A stretch of 64,000 nt of DNA from Haliscomenobacteraceae bacterium (GTDB lineage Bacteria; Bacteroidota; Bacteroidia; Chitinophagales; Saprospiraceae), in the NCBI GenBank assembly GCA_947501115.1, contig CANMVX010000014.1, positions 6,511-70,510 of the forward strand. Reading direction: 5' to 3'. The notes under the pieces are model-generated. The model had not been told where the DNA came from. It saw nothing but the letters and a program-made list of their open reading frames with translations, and searched no databases. Shown here piece by piece: positions 54,465 through 64,000 of this stretch. A program made the position numbers and the translations under genes. Each line of letters starts with the position of its first letter. Positions within the stretch are counted from its first letter, which is position 1.

Positions 54465-55586
54465 TCAGCTATAGATTTTCTGCATGGCTATTCGGAATTG
54501 TTGCATTTCTTCCATAGTACCAGTAGAAATTCTGCTCCACTCGATAAGGGGAGGGAAAGGTCTTCCGGCCTGAACTCCCCACTTTTCTAACTCCTTATTA
54601 AATGCACCCAATTCTTTTTTGGGCTTGAAAAATACGAAATTAGTATGCGAGGGCATGTAAACCAGGCCTAAACTATCCAACGTTGCATATATATGGTCTT
54701 TTGCCTCCTTATTTTTCAATAAACTAAAAGCATAAAAGGCCTTATCGGCCAATGCCTCTTTAGCGGCAACCATACCTACGGTACCAACAAAAGCAACCCT
54801 ATTGGCAATTAATTTCGAAGCCATTACGGGATTTGCCACCAAATAGCCCATTCTTAGTCCAGCGAGACCATAAACCTTTGAAAAAGTTCTGGACACAATA
54901 ACATTTAGCCCTTGCTTGACCAATTCCACCATGCTCGGATAATCAGGGGTGGTAATAAAATCAAAATACGCTTCATCAACAAAAACCGTTGTTTTCTCCG
55001 CCGCTTGTTTACAAAAAGACCTCAGGTCATTTTCTGGAATCAAGGTACCTGTTGGATTATTCGGATTACAAACGAAGATGAGCTTTGTGTTTTCATTTAT
55101 TTTAGCAGCCATACCCACTAAATCGTGATCTAAGGAAGGCGTAACGGGAATCTTATGAATTTTTGCGCCAAACTGTTCAGCATAAACCATTAAGGAATTA
55201 AAAGTAGGATCAGGTGCAATGATTTCACCCCCTTTCCAACCTAGGGTAAGACCGGCTATTTTTAACCCTTCTGTGGAACCCGCCGTAAGCACGATGTGGT
55301 CCTTACTTACACCTTCCCAATCGGCAATGGCTTGCAATAACTCATCCTGGTAAGAAAAAGGGTATCTACAAACCACATCCATTTTGTCAATGATCGCCTT
55401 TTTCACCCGTTCAGAAGGGCCGTAAGGATTTTCATTTGAACTCAATCGAGCCATTGGATTACCCGGCAATGGCATGAATGGCTGCTCAGCCAAACTTTCG
55501 GTGGCAGATAACTTTTGCTGCAGGGAAAGCGAGGCCAGCGCTAAACCACTTAATCGGAGCCAATCTCTTCTTGATACAGGTTGCAT
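54465..55586 (-). CDS. HisC-like class I/II PLP-dependent aminotransferase carrying a Tat signal peptide
   Basis: Tat signal MQPVSRRDWLRLSGLALASLSL. It also has the HisC-family signature LSSNENPYGPS and the PLP-lysine block SRTFSKVYGLAGLRMGY. Confidence 0.85.
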   Translation of the reverse strand: MQPVSRRDWLRLSGLALASLSLQQKLSATESLAEQPFMPLPGNPMARLSSNENPYGPSERVKKAIIDKMDVVCRYPFSYQDELLQAIADWEGVSKDHIVLTAGSTEGLKIAGLTLGWKGGEIIAPDPTFNSLMVYAEQFGAKIHKIPVTPSLDHDLVGMAAKINENTKLIFVCNPNNPTGTLIPENDLRSFCKQAAEKTTVFVDEAYFDFITTPDYPSMVELVKQGLNVIVSRTFSKVYGLAGLRMGYLVANPVMASKLIANRVAFVGTVGMVAAKEALADKAFYAFSLLKNKEAKDHIYATLDSLGLVYMPSHTNFVFFKPKKELGAFNKELEKWGVQAGRPFPPLIEWSRISTGTMEEMQQFRIAMQKIYS

Positions 55587-55896
55587 ACACAGGATGATTT
55601 TGTTAACTAAAAGGTATTGTTGTTTTCAAATATAAGAAGAACAAACGTAGAAAGAATGTAAAAATCCAATTTATTGAAGCTCAATAATCTTATTTCCTAA
55701 ATTTCGAGACAATAATAAGACAAAAAGGTATGGTGAAGGCCAAAAAGTGCATCAACAACATAAAACATATACGTATAAATTATATGCGAAAGATAGTTGT
55801 TAGGAACGGGGAAAACGCTTAATTTTAGGCGATTATTTGAAGATATTTATATCAAAGAAAATTATTAGGATTTCATTCATTTCTAAATTTTTTATT

Positions 55897-58800
55897 ATGA
55901 AAAGACTTTTCATCTTTTTTTCAATGATTTTCCTGTTTACCGGGGTTGCCATGGCACAACGAACTATACAGGGAAGCGTAAAGAGTAGTGGTCAGGAGCC
56001 CTTAATTGGCGCGAATGTGGTGGTTAAAGGAACAACTACAGGAACCACTACTGATCTAGATGGTTCTTTCAAGCTTTCATTACAGAATAGCGCTGGCGTT
56101 TTAGTCATTAGCTACACTGGATATGAAACGCAGGAAATAACGCTAACGAGTAGTAACCAGTATAATATACTGCTTTCAGAATCAGCCCTAGGCCTAGAGG
56201 AAGTTGTGGTTGTTGGTTATGGTACTCAACAGAAGCGAACCATTACAGGTAACGTAGCCTCCATAAAAGGGGAGGATATTGCCTCTATGTCGGTACAAAG
56301 TTTTGACCAGGCATTACAGGGACGTGCTGCAGGTGTGAATGTGAGTATTCCAAACGGGGTATTAAACAATCCTCCAGTATTTAGGATTAGAGGTATTAAC
56401 TCAATCAATTTGAGTTCATTTCCACTTATTGTTATTGATGGTGTTCCCACTTTTGCGGGTGATTTGTCAGCTAACTCAGCGGCAAACAACATCTTATCTA
56501 ATCTTAATCCTTCTGACATTCAGTCTATTGAAATTCTTAAGGATGCCTCTGCTGCTGCCATTTATGGTTCAAGAGCCAGTGCCGGCGTAGTTTTGATTTC
56601 TACTAAGCGTGGAAAGCAGGGATCTACTAAAGTAAGTTACGAAACATGGGGAAGCTGGGCAAAAGTAAACCGTTTACCTGAACTTCTGAATGCTGCACAA
56701 TATTTGGAAATAAAAAATGAAGGGGCTAAAAATGCAAATTTACCTCAGCAATTTTTTCCACAGGTAGTAAATGGTCAAACGGTTGATACCAGATGGTATG
56801 ATTACATCTACCAGACAGGTTTTTCCCATAACCACAATTTAAGTTTTTCAGGAGGAAGCGACAAAACTACATTCTTCCTTTCTATGGGCTTTACAGATCA
56901 AAATGGTATGATTAAAGCCAATTCATTTGAGCGTAAATCTGCCCGTCTTAATCTTGACCATAAGGTAAGTAAAATAATTAGCATGGGTGCCTCTGTAGGT
57001 TACTCAGACAATTTAAATGCGGCACCTAATACAGGCTCACTACCTGGCCAGGCTTTCAATACGTCAGGTTTGGGAAGGATTCCTTTAGTTACCGCACCCA
57101 TTGTTAGTCCTTTCAATGCGGACGGTTCTTATAATATATCCTCAAATAATCAACCAGGAAGAGGCGCAAACCTACAACAAATAGGCTTCGTAAATCCTGT
57201 GCCGGTTATCGATTTAAATACCTTCACTTCTGGAGCAAGTCAAATTCAGGCTTCTGTATTTGCGAATGTTAATCTGTTGAAAGGCCTTGTTTTACGCACT
57301 CAATATGGTATTGATAATGTAATGACAGAGAGCATCAGTTTTGCCAGTCCAGTACATGGCGACGGCTTTGGTTCCAATGGATCGGCTACGAACAATTTTG
57401 CTAACAGACAACGTTGGAATTGGCAAAACACTTTACAATATGATTTAACGCTTGCTGAAAGTCATAATTTCTCTTTACTAGCTGGTAATGAGCAACAATA
57501 CACAAAGTCAGAAGGTTGGGGAGCTAACAGAACGGTTATTGCAGACCCATTTTTCACTACCTTCCAGGGTAACTTCACTACGATTGTACCTTCAGGAAAC
57601 TTTCAAGGCGAAAACTACCTACTATCCTACTTTGGACGTTTAAACTATGATTTCAATAAAAAGTATCTGGTTACTTTGAATTTGAGACAAGACGAATTCT
57701 CTGCTTTTGCACCTGGCAAAAAGAGAGGTATATTCTGGGGAGCATCAGCTGGCTGGTCTATCTCAGAAGAATCATTCTGGAAAGAATCTTTAGGTGGTAC
57801 CATCAACTATCTACGCCTTCGTGGTAGCTACGGTGAAGTGGGTAACAACAACGGAATTGGTGATTTTGCATCCCTTGGTCTGTATGGATCAGGGCTTTAT
57901 GCAACAGATCCTACCCTTGCTTTCTCACAGGCTGGTAACCCGGACCTTTCCTGGGAAACAAGTCAAAAGACAGACATAGGTTTAAATTTCGGTCTTTTTA
58001 ACGACCGTATTACAGGTGAAATTAGCTACTTTAGAAATTTGATTGACGGACTTATTCTCAATGCACCCCTTTCTCCATCTAAAGGAGTACCAGGTAACTC
58101 TATTGCAACCAATATTGGTTCTATGTTAAACACTGGATGGGAATTTGGATTAAGCGGAACGGTTATGCGTAAGGGTAAATTTTCATGGAATAGTAACTTC
58201 AATCTAACCTTTATGGAAAATGAGGTTAAGACTCTGGCTTCTGGAAATGCAGATATCTTAGCGTCAACAGGTGGCTTGGAAACAGCCAATATTATCCGTG
58301 TAGGTGAATCTGTAGGTAGTCTATATGTTGTGGAAACACAAGGAGTTAATCCAGCAAATGGTCGTCGTATTTTCATCAATGGCAAAGGAGAAAAAGTTCA
58401 ATATACTCACGTTGTTGCTGCTGGCCAGTCTCGCTGGACTTATTTAGACGGACGTACCGCTACCGCAGTAAACCAATCTGCCGACGGTAAAATATATGGA
58501 CCAACCCTTCCAAAATGGTTCGGTGCTTGGGATAATACCTTCCGTTATGGTAATTTTGATTTGAATTTCCAATTACAATATTCAGGAGGAAATTACATCT
58601 ACAATGGTACTAAAGCTGGTCTGAGAGATGCCCGTTTCTGGAACAGTCACACCGATGTTTTAGACCGTTGGACAGAATCTAATACAGCGGGTTCTATTCC
58701 AAGAGTGGTGTATGGAGATAATATTTCTAACGGTTCTGCCATCCCTATGTCTGAAAATGTTGAGAAAGGTGATTTCATGCGTTTACGAAACGTTACCCTT

Positions 58801-59016
58801 GGCTATTCTATTCCTACCTCTGTTTTTGGGGAAAAAGTTAAAATTTCCAGCTTAAGAGTTTATGCCAATATAAATAATGCCTTTTTGTTAACAGGTTACT
58901 CAGGAACTGACCCCGAAGTATCAAGTAATGGAAATTCCAATCAGGCGCCTGGGGTAGATCGTAATTCTGTACCAATGGCACGTACCTTTTTGGTGGGCTT
59001 GAATGTTGGATTCTAA
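55897..59016 (+). CDS. susC: SusC/RagA family TonB-linked outer membrane protein
   Basis: Signal peptide, CarboxypepD_reg-like N-terminus (GSVKSSGQEPLIGANVVVKGTTTGTTTDLDGSF) and TonB-box/plug (EEVVVVGYGTQQKRTITG, ILKDASAAAIYGSRASAGVVLISTKRG). The C-terminus ends in F. It has no STN domain. I chose the ATG at 55897. Confidence 0.95.
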   Translation: MKRLFIFFSMIFLFTGVAMAQRTIQGSVKSSGQEPLIGANVVVKGTTTGTTTDLDGSFKLSLQNSAGVLVISYTGYETQEITLTSSNQYNILLSESALGLEEVVVVGYGTQQKRTITGNVASIKGEDIASMSVQSFDQALQGRAAGVNVSIPNGVLNNPPVFRIRGINSINLSSFPLIVIDGVPTFAGDLSANSAANNILSNLNPSDIQSIEILKDASAAAIYGSRASAGVVLISTKRGKQGSTKVSYETWGSWAKVNRLPELLNAAQYLEIKNEGAKNANLPQQFFPQVVNGQTVDTRWYDYIYQTGFSHNHNLSFSGGSDKTTFFLSMGFTDQNGMIKANSFERKSARLNLDHKVSKIISMGASVGYSDNLNAAPNTGSLPGQAFNTSGLGRIPLVTAPIVSPFNADGSYNISSNNQPGRGANLQQIGFVNPVPVIDLNTFTSGASQIQASVFANVNLLKGLVLRTQYGIDNVMTESISFASPVHGDGFGSNGSATNNFANRQRWNWQNTLQYDLTLAESHNFSLLAGNEQQYTKSEGWGANRTVIADPFFTTFQGNFTTIVPSGNFQGENYLLSYFGRLNYDFNKKYLVTLNLRQDEFSAFAPGKKRGIFWGASAGWSISEESFWKESLGGTINYLRLRGSYGEVGNNNGIGDFASLGLYGSGLYATDPTLAFSQAGNPDLSWETSQKTDIGLNFGLFNDRITGEISYFRNLIDGLILNAPLSPSKGVPGNSIATNIGSMLNTGWEFGLSGTVMRKGKFSWNSNFNLTFMENEVKTLASGNADILASTGGLETANIIRVGESVGSLYVVETQGVNPANGRRIFINGKGEKVQYTHVVAAGQSRWTYLDGRTATAVNQSADGKIYGPTLPKWFGAWDNTFRYGNFDLNFQLQYSGGNYIYNGTKAGLRDARFWNSHTDVLDRWTESNTAGSIPRVVYGDNISNGSAIPMSENVEKGDFMRLRNVTLGYSIPTSVFGEKVKISSLRVYANINNAFLLTGYSGTDPEVSSNGNSNQAPGVDRNSVPMARTFLVGLNVGF

Positions 59017-59036
59017 AAACTTAAAATTTGATTATT

Positions 59037-60506
59037 ATGAAAATGCATATAAAATTTTATAAAAAAGTACTGGTAGCAGGTTTGTTCCTAACCAGTCTTT
59101 TTAACACCTCTTGTAATGAGGAACTTCTTGACCCAGTGCCGTTAACCACTTTTTCTGAGGCTTCTGTTTTTAACACACCGGACAGAATTTTACAACAGGT
59201 ACGCGGCATTTACAGTGCTGTAAAAAATGGTTCTTTTTATGGTGGACGTTTTTTAATCTACCATGATATTCGTGGAGAGGAATTCCTCAATGAAACGACG
59301 AATGGAGTTACTGGCTTTTCTACCTGGACACATACCATCGTTTCCTCGACAGGAGAAGTTAATACTTTGTGGAATGCCGCCTATTATGCCATCAATAGTG
59401 CCAATCTTTTAATTGACGGGTTGGAGAAAAACAAAACAGTATTAAATAACGAGACCTTAGCTAACAGCTACTTAGCGGAAGCTCGTTTCCTTCGCGCATT
59501 GTGTTACCACAGTATGCTAAGTATTTATGCTCGTCCATTTGCCGATGGAAATGGGTCAAAACCTGGTTTACCCTTGCGATTACTTCCTGAGAAAGGAGCA
59601 GCTAACAATGATTTAGCGCGCGCTACCGTGGCTGAAGTATATACACAGATACTTTCCGATCTTAATTTTGCCGAACAAAATCTACCGGCCAATTACGCTA
59701 CGCCATATCTTAATACCACCAGAGCACACAAGAACACAGCCATAGCGCTTAAAACTCGTGTATTCTTAGAAATGGGTCGCTATCAAGACGTTATCACAGA
59801 AGCAACTAAGATTGTTTCAACTACTGAGCCATTCAGAGCCTCTTCAGGTGTTGCCAATGCATTACAAGCTGATGTAACCAATACCTTCAGAACACCATAT
59901 ACCACAACAGAAAGCATTTTTTCTATGCCTATGACGGAGTTAAATCTTCCGGGAACTCAAAATGGCCTTGGTAGCTATTACAATCCAGGTCCAAGAGGTA
60001 TTGGAGACTTCTCTCTAAATCCAAAAGGAATCATAGGAAATACAGCTGATTTTTCTGCTACCGACAAACGTCGTGGTTGGGTATTAACTGTTAGCAATAA
60101 ACCTTATTTGAATAAATTCCCAATTGGTCCTCAGCATTTGGATTATGTTCCGGTTATTCGCTATGCAGAGGTTTTACTGAACCTTGCTGAGGCTATTGCC
60201 CGTACTACGGGTGTAAATGCTCGAGCCGTTGCTTTGTTAAATGCAGTTCATGGCCGTTCTGATGCTGCAAAAGTTTATACCGCTGCAGAATTTGCTAATG
60301 GTACTGCCTTGGCTAATCAAATACTAACTGAACGAAGAATTGAACTGGTAGGCGAAGGGTTCAGAACCCGCGATCTCATGAGACTTTTGCAAACCATTCC
60401 TGGAAAAGCAAACGTTGCTGCCGTTAATCCTTCTCAATCAGAATATATTTGGCCTATACCTCAGGCTGAATTAAATGTAAATAAATTGATTGTACAGAAT
60501 CCTTAA
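59037..60506 (+). CDS. susD: SusD/RagB family nutrient-binding outer membrane lipoprotein
   Basis: Lipoprotein signal with Cys (LFNTSCNEE). SusD-like TPR core (EARFLRALCYHSMLSIY, RYAEVLLNLAEA, ERRIELVGEGFRTRDLMR). It starts 21 nt after susC. Confidence 0.9.
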   Translation: MKMHIKFYKKVLVAGLFLTSLFNTSCNEELLDPVPLTTFSEASVFNTPDRILQQVRGIYSAVKNGSFYGGRFLIYHDIRGEEFLNETTNGVTGFSTWTHTIVSSTGEVNTLWNAAYYAINSANLLIDGLEKNKTVLNNETLANSYLAEARFLRALCYHSMLSIYARPFADGNGSKPGLPLRLLPEKGAANNDLARATVAEVYTQILSDLNFAEQNLPANYATPYLNTTRAHKNTAIALKTRVFLEMGRYQDVITEATKIVSTTEPFRASSGVANALQADVTNTFRTPYTTTESIFSMPMTELNLPGTQNGLGSYYNPGPRGIGDFSLNPKGIIGNTADFSATDKRRGWVLTVSNKPYLNKFPIGPQHLDYVPVIRYAEVLLNLAEAIARTTGVNARAVALLNAVHGRSDAAKVYTAAEFANGTALANQILTERRIELVGEGFRTRDLMRLLQTIPGKANVAAVNPSQSEYIWPIPQAELNVNKLIVQNP

Positions 60507-60537
60507 GATTTTCTGAACATTTATAATTTAAAATAAA

Positions 60538-60573
60538 AGAGGGTGGTAGGTATTAAAACCTGCCACCCTCTTT
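60538..60573. terminator. Bidirectional rho-independent terminator between susD and the PorP/SprF gene
   Basis: AGAGGGTGGTAGGT-ATTAAA-ACCTGCCACCCTCT forms a 14-bp stem with one G:U position. It is flanked by A-rich sequence 5' and TTTCTTTTT 3'. Confidence 0.85.
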
Positions 60574-60590
60574 CTTTTTATAAATTGTTA

Positions 60591-61547
60591 TTATTTCTTC
60601 TTGCTGGTTATTTTAGGCTTTGCTGTCAACTGATAGGTAAATGAAAATACATGATCTCCGGCTGTGAAAACACCCCCCGTTAATGGAAAGTCAAACTGAT
60701 AACCAATACCAAAAGGATGTTTGGATACCAGGACATTTAAACCGACAGATTGGGTTCCTGTAATGGTTCTGTAGCTGAAATTTCTATACACAGGTGCCAG
60801 GCTGAAAAAAGACCCCTGTGCGGTCAAAAACCGTATCTCACCCAAAACATCCAATTGATAATCTGCATTTTCCTGTGTTCTTACAACCAAACTGGGTCTG
60901 ATCACTAACTTATCCTTTATTGGTAATTCCAATCCGGTAGATACAAATACGGTGAGTGCATTCTGAAGATCATTTTCATCGGTAAAAACAGGATTAAAAA
61001 AAGGTAGAAAATTATAGGCAGACACACCCAAGAAATAACCGTGTGAAAAGAAATTAAATCCAACATTAAAATTAGGACTCACGTGATTGAACTTTGATTC
61101 ATCATTGAAGATATCATCATCCACCTGATCAGCAAGTAATCTTATCTTATTTACACGAAATTGATTCACGTTAGCTGATAACCCAAAGGAAAAGCCTGAG
61201 GGTTTTTTAGCGCCTTTTTTAGTGGTAAGGATATGATAAGCAAAAGTTGATTCAAAGCCTGCATAGGAACTGGCTCCATTCTGATCCTTGAATAAATTGA
61301 AACCCACTCCAATTTTACTTTTTGAAAAAGGATAATCTGCAGAAATAACTTGTGAATTGGGCGAATTTTTGAAGCCCGCCAATTGCTTTTTATATATCAC
61401 AGTGGCACTTCCATATCCCTGACTACCCGCTAATGCTGGGTTGGTTAAATAGGGTTTGAAAAAATTCTGATTTTGGAAAAGAAAATTCTGCCCGCTTACA
61501 GCGAAATTCAAACCCAACAAAAATGAAAAGAAAATAATAACTCTCAT
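60591..61547 (-). CDS. PorP/SprF family type IX secretion system membrane protein
   Basis: 318 aa with a signal peptide, a PYLTNPALAG start block and beta-barrel-like alternating pattern. It lies immediately downstream (8 nt) of a type-B CTD cargo gene, as with sprB-sprF. Confidence 0.85.
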   Translation of the reverse strand: MRVIIFFSFLLGLNFAVSGQNFLFQNQNFFKPYLTNPALAGSQGYGSATVIYKKQLAGFKNSPNSQVISADYPFSKSKIGVGFNLFKDQNGASSYAGFESTFAYHILTTKKGAKKPSGFSFGLSANVNQFRVNKIRLLADQVDDDIFNDESKFNHVSPNFNVGFNFFSHGYFLGVSAYNFLPFFNPVFTDENDLQNALTVFVSTGLELPIKDKLVIRPSLVVRTQENADYQLDVLGEIRFLTAQGSFFSLAPVYRNFSYRTITGTQSVGLNVLVSKHPFGIGYQFDFPLTGGVFTAGDHVFSFTYQLTAKPKITSKKK

Positions 61548-61554
61548 GATTTAA

Positions 61555-64000
61555 TTACTTTATTAAAGTGAAATTCCCTTTGCGGATATCCTCTTTAGTT
61601 ACCTGAATAACATACCAATAGTCGCCTGCAGAGGCAGGAATCTGTCCAATCATTCCATCCCAACCTAGGGAGTCTCCTGCATATTCAACGAGTAATCTAC
61701 CTGTTCTATCGAAAATATAAACCTTAGATTCCGGGTAGAAAACAAGCGCTGGATTTTCCCAGCGATCATTATTGCCATCGCCATTTGGAGTGAAAAAGCT
61801 GGAAAGTTTCACCTCACTGTCTATCACATTGAATTGGGTTTGACAAGTTTTGTCGCCTACCGTAATCGTAAATCCAGCAACACCCGTAGTCGTTGGCGTT
61901 CCAGTTACTTTATAACTTAGAGTACCACCCATTGGATTTAATCTTAAGGAATCTCCTTTAAGCGTTAAGCCTGCTACACCTGTTGAAGAAAGGGTTAAAG
62001 GACCGACTTTTCCGTTGTTTCCGCCTTGATAATTAATCTTCAATACACCGTTAAATTCCACATCTTTTCCAAGATCATCCGGTGTCAATTGGCTGCTATT
62101 ACAATCAAGAGATAATTTTGGCAATAATAAGGTCACTGGCAATTCGACGATACAAGTTTTTGCACCAAAGGCTATGTTAAATACTGCCTTTCCGGTATCA
62201 GCTGGAACGCCCGTTGCCACCCATTCTATGGATCCATTACCCACTGCCAATTTTCCAGGCTGAAGGGTAAGATTGAGGCCAGTAACTCCGGTGGATGAAA
62301 GGTTCATTCCTGTAAAATCTCCCCCATTACCACCTTTGTAAGACAAAATGATTACCCCTGAATACGGTTCGCCTTTATAAATTTCCATATTGTCGATGAG
62401 GTAAGTTCCGCATAACAAGGAATCGACCTGATCATTTTTGTTCACAGTGATGGTTCCTGTCGCATTTAAAATGCCACAACCTCCGGTTAAAGCAATACTA
62501 TAGTTAAAAATACCGCTGGCTGTTGGCACACCACTAATAGTAACCACATTTGCCGACCACACCGCACTTACGCCATCTGGCAGCCCCGTTACGGTCCCTA
62601 TTCCTGAAATACCAGTGGTTGTATGGGTAATATTTGTAAGCAGCCTGTTAATATTTAACACAGGTGTTGAAGAAGCTGGGGTCACCGTACTGACTGGAGA
62701 AACGGTAATGGTTCCCGTGGCAATGGCCGTACCACAACCACCCGTTAAAGGAATGGTATAATTAAAAGTTCCGCTTAACGCAGGCGAACCACTTAATCTT
62801 ATGGTATTAGCTAACCATGATGCGATTATACCTGGTGGTAACCCGGTGGCAACACCAATACCAGTCGCCCCTGTGGTATTATGTGTAATAGTTGTCAGCG
62901 CGGTATTAACGCATAAAGTTGGTGTTGAACTTGGAGCACTTACTGTATTTATTACTCCAACGATGATACTTCCCGTTGCATTCAGCAAACCACATCCGCC
63001 TGTTAAAGGAATAGAATAATTAAAGGTTCCACTTTCGCGGGGGGTTCCACTGATTGTCAACACGTTAGCTGACCAATTAGCTATGACACCCGCTGGAAGG
63101 CCTAACGCGAGGCCAATGCCTGTCGCACTCGTTGTTGTATGCGTAATGTTCGTTAAAACGGTATTTACACACAAGGCAGGCGTTGAACTTGCTACACTCA
63201 CTGTATTTCCGGAAGTAATGGCAAGGGAAGTACTTGCAGTAGTTTGACAACCACGGCTATCCGTAACGGTTACTGTGTAAACACCTGCTGTACCTGCCGT
63301 AATAGTGTTACTTGTGCTTCTCTGAGCATTATTCCACAGGTAGGAACTTATCGTCGCACCTGCATTTGTCTCTGCATTTACCTTAAGAGTGACTTCGTTT
63401 GGAGGACAAAGAATACCTTCATTTGAAAGTGTACCGTTATTTTCACTAACCACTATATTCGTTTGAATACCAAACGATGGCTCCATAATTTCAATTGACC
63501 TTACTGCTTTACAGCTATTTACACTACTTTCTGTTACAGTTACCTGGTAATTTCCTTTTGGAAGATTTGTCAGGGAAGCAGAAGTAGCACCACCGCCATT
63601 CGATGACCAAGCATAAGTGTATGGAGAAGATCCATTACTTACATTAAGCAAAATAGTACCATCAGAAGCCCCCGGACAAACCACATCTGTTTTCGACACA
63701 ACAATGGTTAATGGAACACTTCTATCGGTTAAAGTAGCTGTTGCCACTCCGGTACAACCCTTTTCATCGGTCACGGTCACTTTATACTGGCCTTGTATTA
63801 ACCCAGAAATCGTTGGCGAGACTGAGCCGTTGCTCCAAAGGTAAGACCAACTGTTGCCCGTTGAAACCGACGCAGATCCTTTTTGATTCAACAAACAATC
63901 TGTGTTCGTAGTAGAAACGGAAGGTTTGGGTTTTGCGTTAACTAAAACAATGGTTTTTGCTATGTAAATACAACCATCGGAGTCAGTTGCTGTCACTGAA
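61555..64000 (-). CDS. Large T9SS cargo/adhesin with SprB-type repeats, Ig-like repeats and a type-B C-terminal sorting domain (5' end outside the window)
   Basis: The C-terminal [14 protein letters not shown]...GWDG...AGDYWYVI...KGNFTLIK is the gliding-motility-associated C-terminal (type B) domain. SprB-like repeats are present ([25 protein letters not shown]). The reading frame stays open to the window edge, and the M in the ORF track is an internal GTG. Confidence 0.9.
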   Translation of the reverse strand, partial: SVTATDSDGCIYIAKTIVLVNAKPKPSVSTTNTDCLLNQKGSASVSTGNSWSYLWSNGSVSPTISGLIQGQYKVTVTDEKGCTGVATATLTDRSVPLTIVVSKTDVVCPGASDGTILLNVSNGSSPYTYAWSSNGGGATSASLTNLPKGNYQVTVTESSVNSCKAVRSIEIMEPSFGIQTNIVVSENNGTLSNEGILCPPNEVTLKVNAETNAGATISSYLWNNAQRSTSNTITAGTAGVYTVTVTDSRGCQTTASTSLAITSGNTVSVASSTPALCVNTVLTNITHTTTSATGIGLALGLPAGVIANWSANVLTISGTPRESGTFNYSIPLTGGCGLLNATGSIIVGVINTVSAPSSTPTLCVNTALTTITHNTTGATGIGVATGLPPGIIASWLANTIRLSGSPALSGTFNYTIPLTGGCGTAIATGTITVSPVSTVTPASSTPVLNINRLLTNITHTTTGISGIGTVTGLPDGVSAVWSANVVTISGVPTASGIFNYSIALTGGCGILNATGTITVNKNDQVDSLLCGTYLIDNMEIYKGEPYSGVIILSYKGGNGGDFTGMNLSSTGVTGLNLTLQPGKLAVGNGSIEWVATGVPADTGKAVFNIAFGAKTCIVELPVTLLLPKLSLDCNSSQLTPDDLGKDVEFNGVLKINYQGGNNGKVGPLTLSSTGVAGLTLKGDSLRLNPMGGTLSYKVTGTPTTTGVAGFTITVGDKTCQTQFNVIDSEVKLSSFFTPNGDGNNDRWENPALVFYPESKVYIFDRTGRLLVEYAGDSLGWDGMIGQIPASAGDYWYVIQVTKEDIRKGNFTLIK
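62437..63201 (-). repeat. Three tandem ~86-aa (~258-bp) coding repeats within the T9SS cargo gene
   Basis: The units are SSTPxLCVNTxLTxITHxTTxATGIGxxxGLPxGxxAxWxANxxxxSGxPxxSGxFNYxIxLTGGCGxxxATGxIxV. Roughly two-thirds of residues are identical between units by eye. Confidence 0.85.

Noticed and set aside
1-64000. tRNA, rRNA, tmRNA, CRISPR arrays, integrases, classical IS transposases, reverse transcriptases and phage structural genes.
   Set aside because: I recognised none on either strand. Every intergenic region over 150 bp was inspected: 1-233, 4294-4492, 14802-15261, 28790-29043, 31102-31262, 39793-40386, 46836-47198 and 55587-55896.

Overview
This window is a chromosomal segment from a low-GC Bacteroidota genome. 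That assignment rests on gldA/gldF/gldG, a SusC/SusD pair, a PorP/SprF gene and a cargo protein with a T9SS type-B C-terminal domain. I found no rRNA, tRNA or CRISPR array.

Most of the window is densely packed housekeeping and periplasmic-enzyme genes:
- feoAB
- a UvrD/PcrA helicase
- S9, M20 and M1 peptidases
- the gliding ABC transporter
- a GH29 fucosidase
- an Ntn acylase
- an MsbA-like ABC exporter
- an AraC/PhyH/ADH module
- a rhodanese/OsmC cluster

The clearly accessory part is about 35.9-46.9 kb. It holds a decayed yefM-yoeB module and a parD/parE-remnant cassette bracketed by a 97-bp direct repeat. It also holds two diverged Rpn-family PD-(D/E)XK nuclease genes in inverted orientation, both carrying in-frame 12-bp (GK[IL]E)n tandem repeats. 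Between these two genes lie two gene fragments and a cargo consisting of a ~1300-aa PmoA-like/dehydrogenase/HEAT/cytochrome-c protein, a GH11 xylanase and an alpha/beta hydrolase.

The best candidates for uncharacterised biology are:
- that giant PVC-type haem protein and its neighbours
- the PSCyt(DUF1549/DUF1553)-DUF1501 pair
- a Tat-signal HisC-like aminotransferase beside NIPSNAP, tandem M1 peptidases and an orphan SusCD pair
- an unknown secreted ORF embedded in the gldA-gldF-gldG-DUF4340 operon
- a phosphorylase-like protein translationally coupled to feoB

All family assignments come from motif and sequence recognition by eye. No searches were run.
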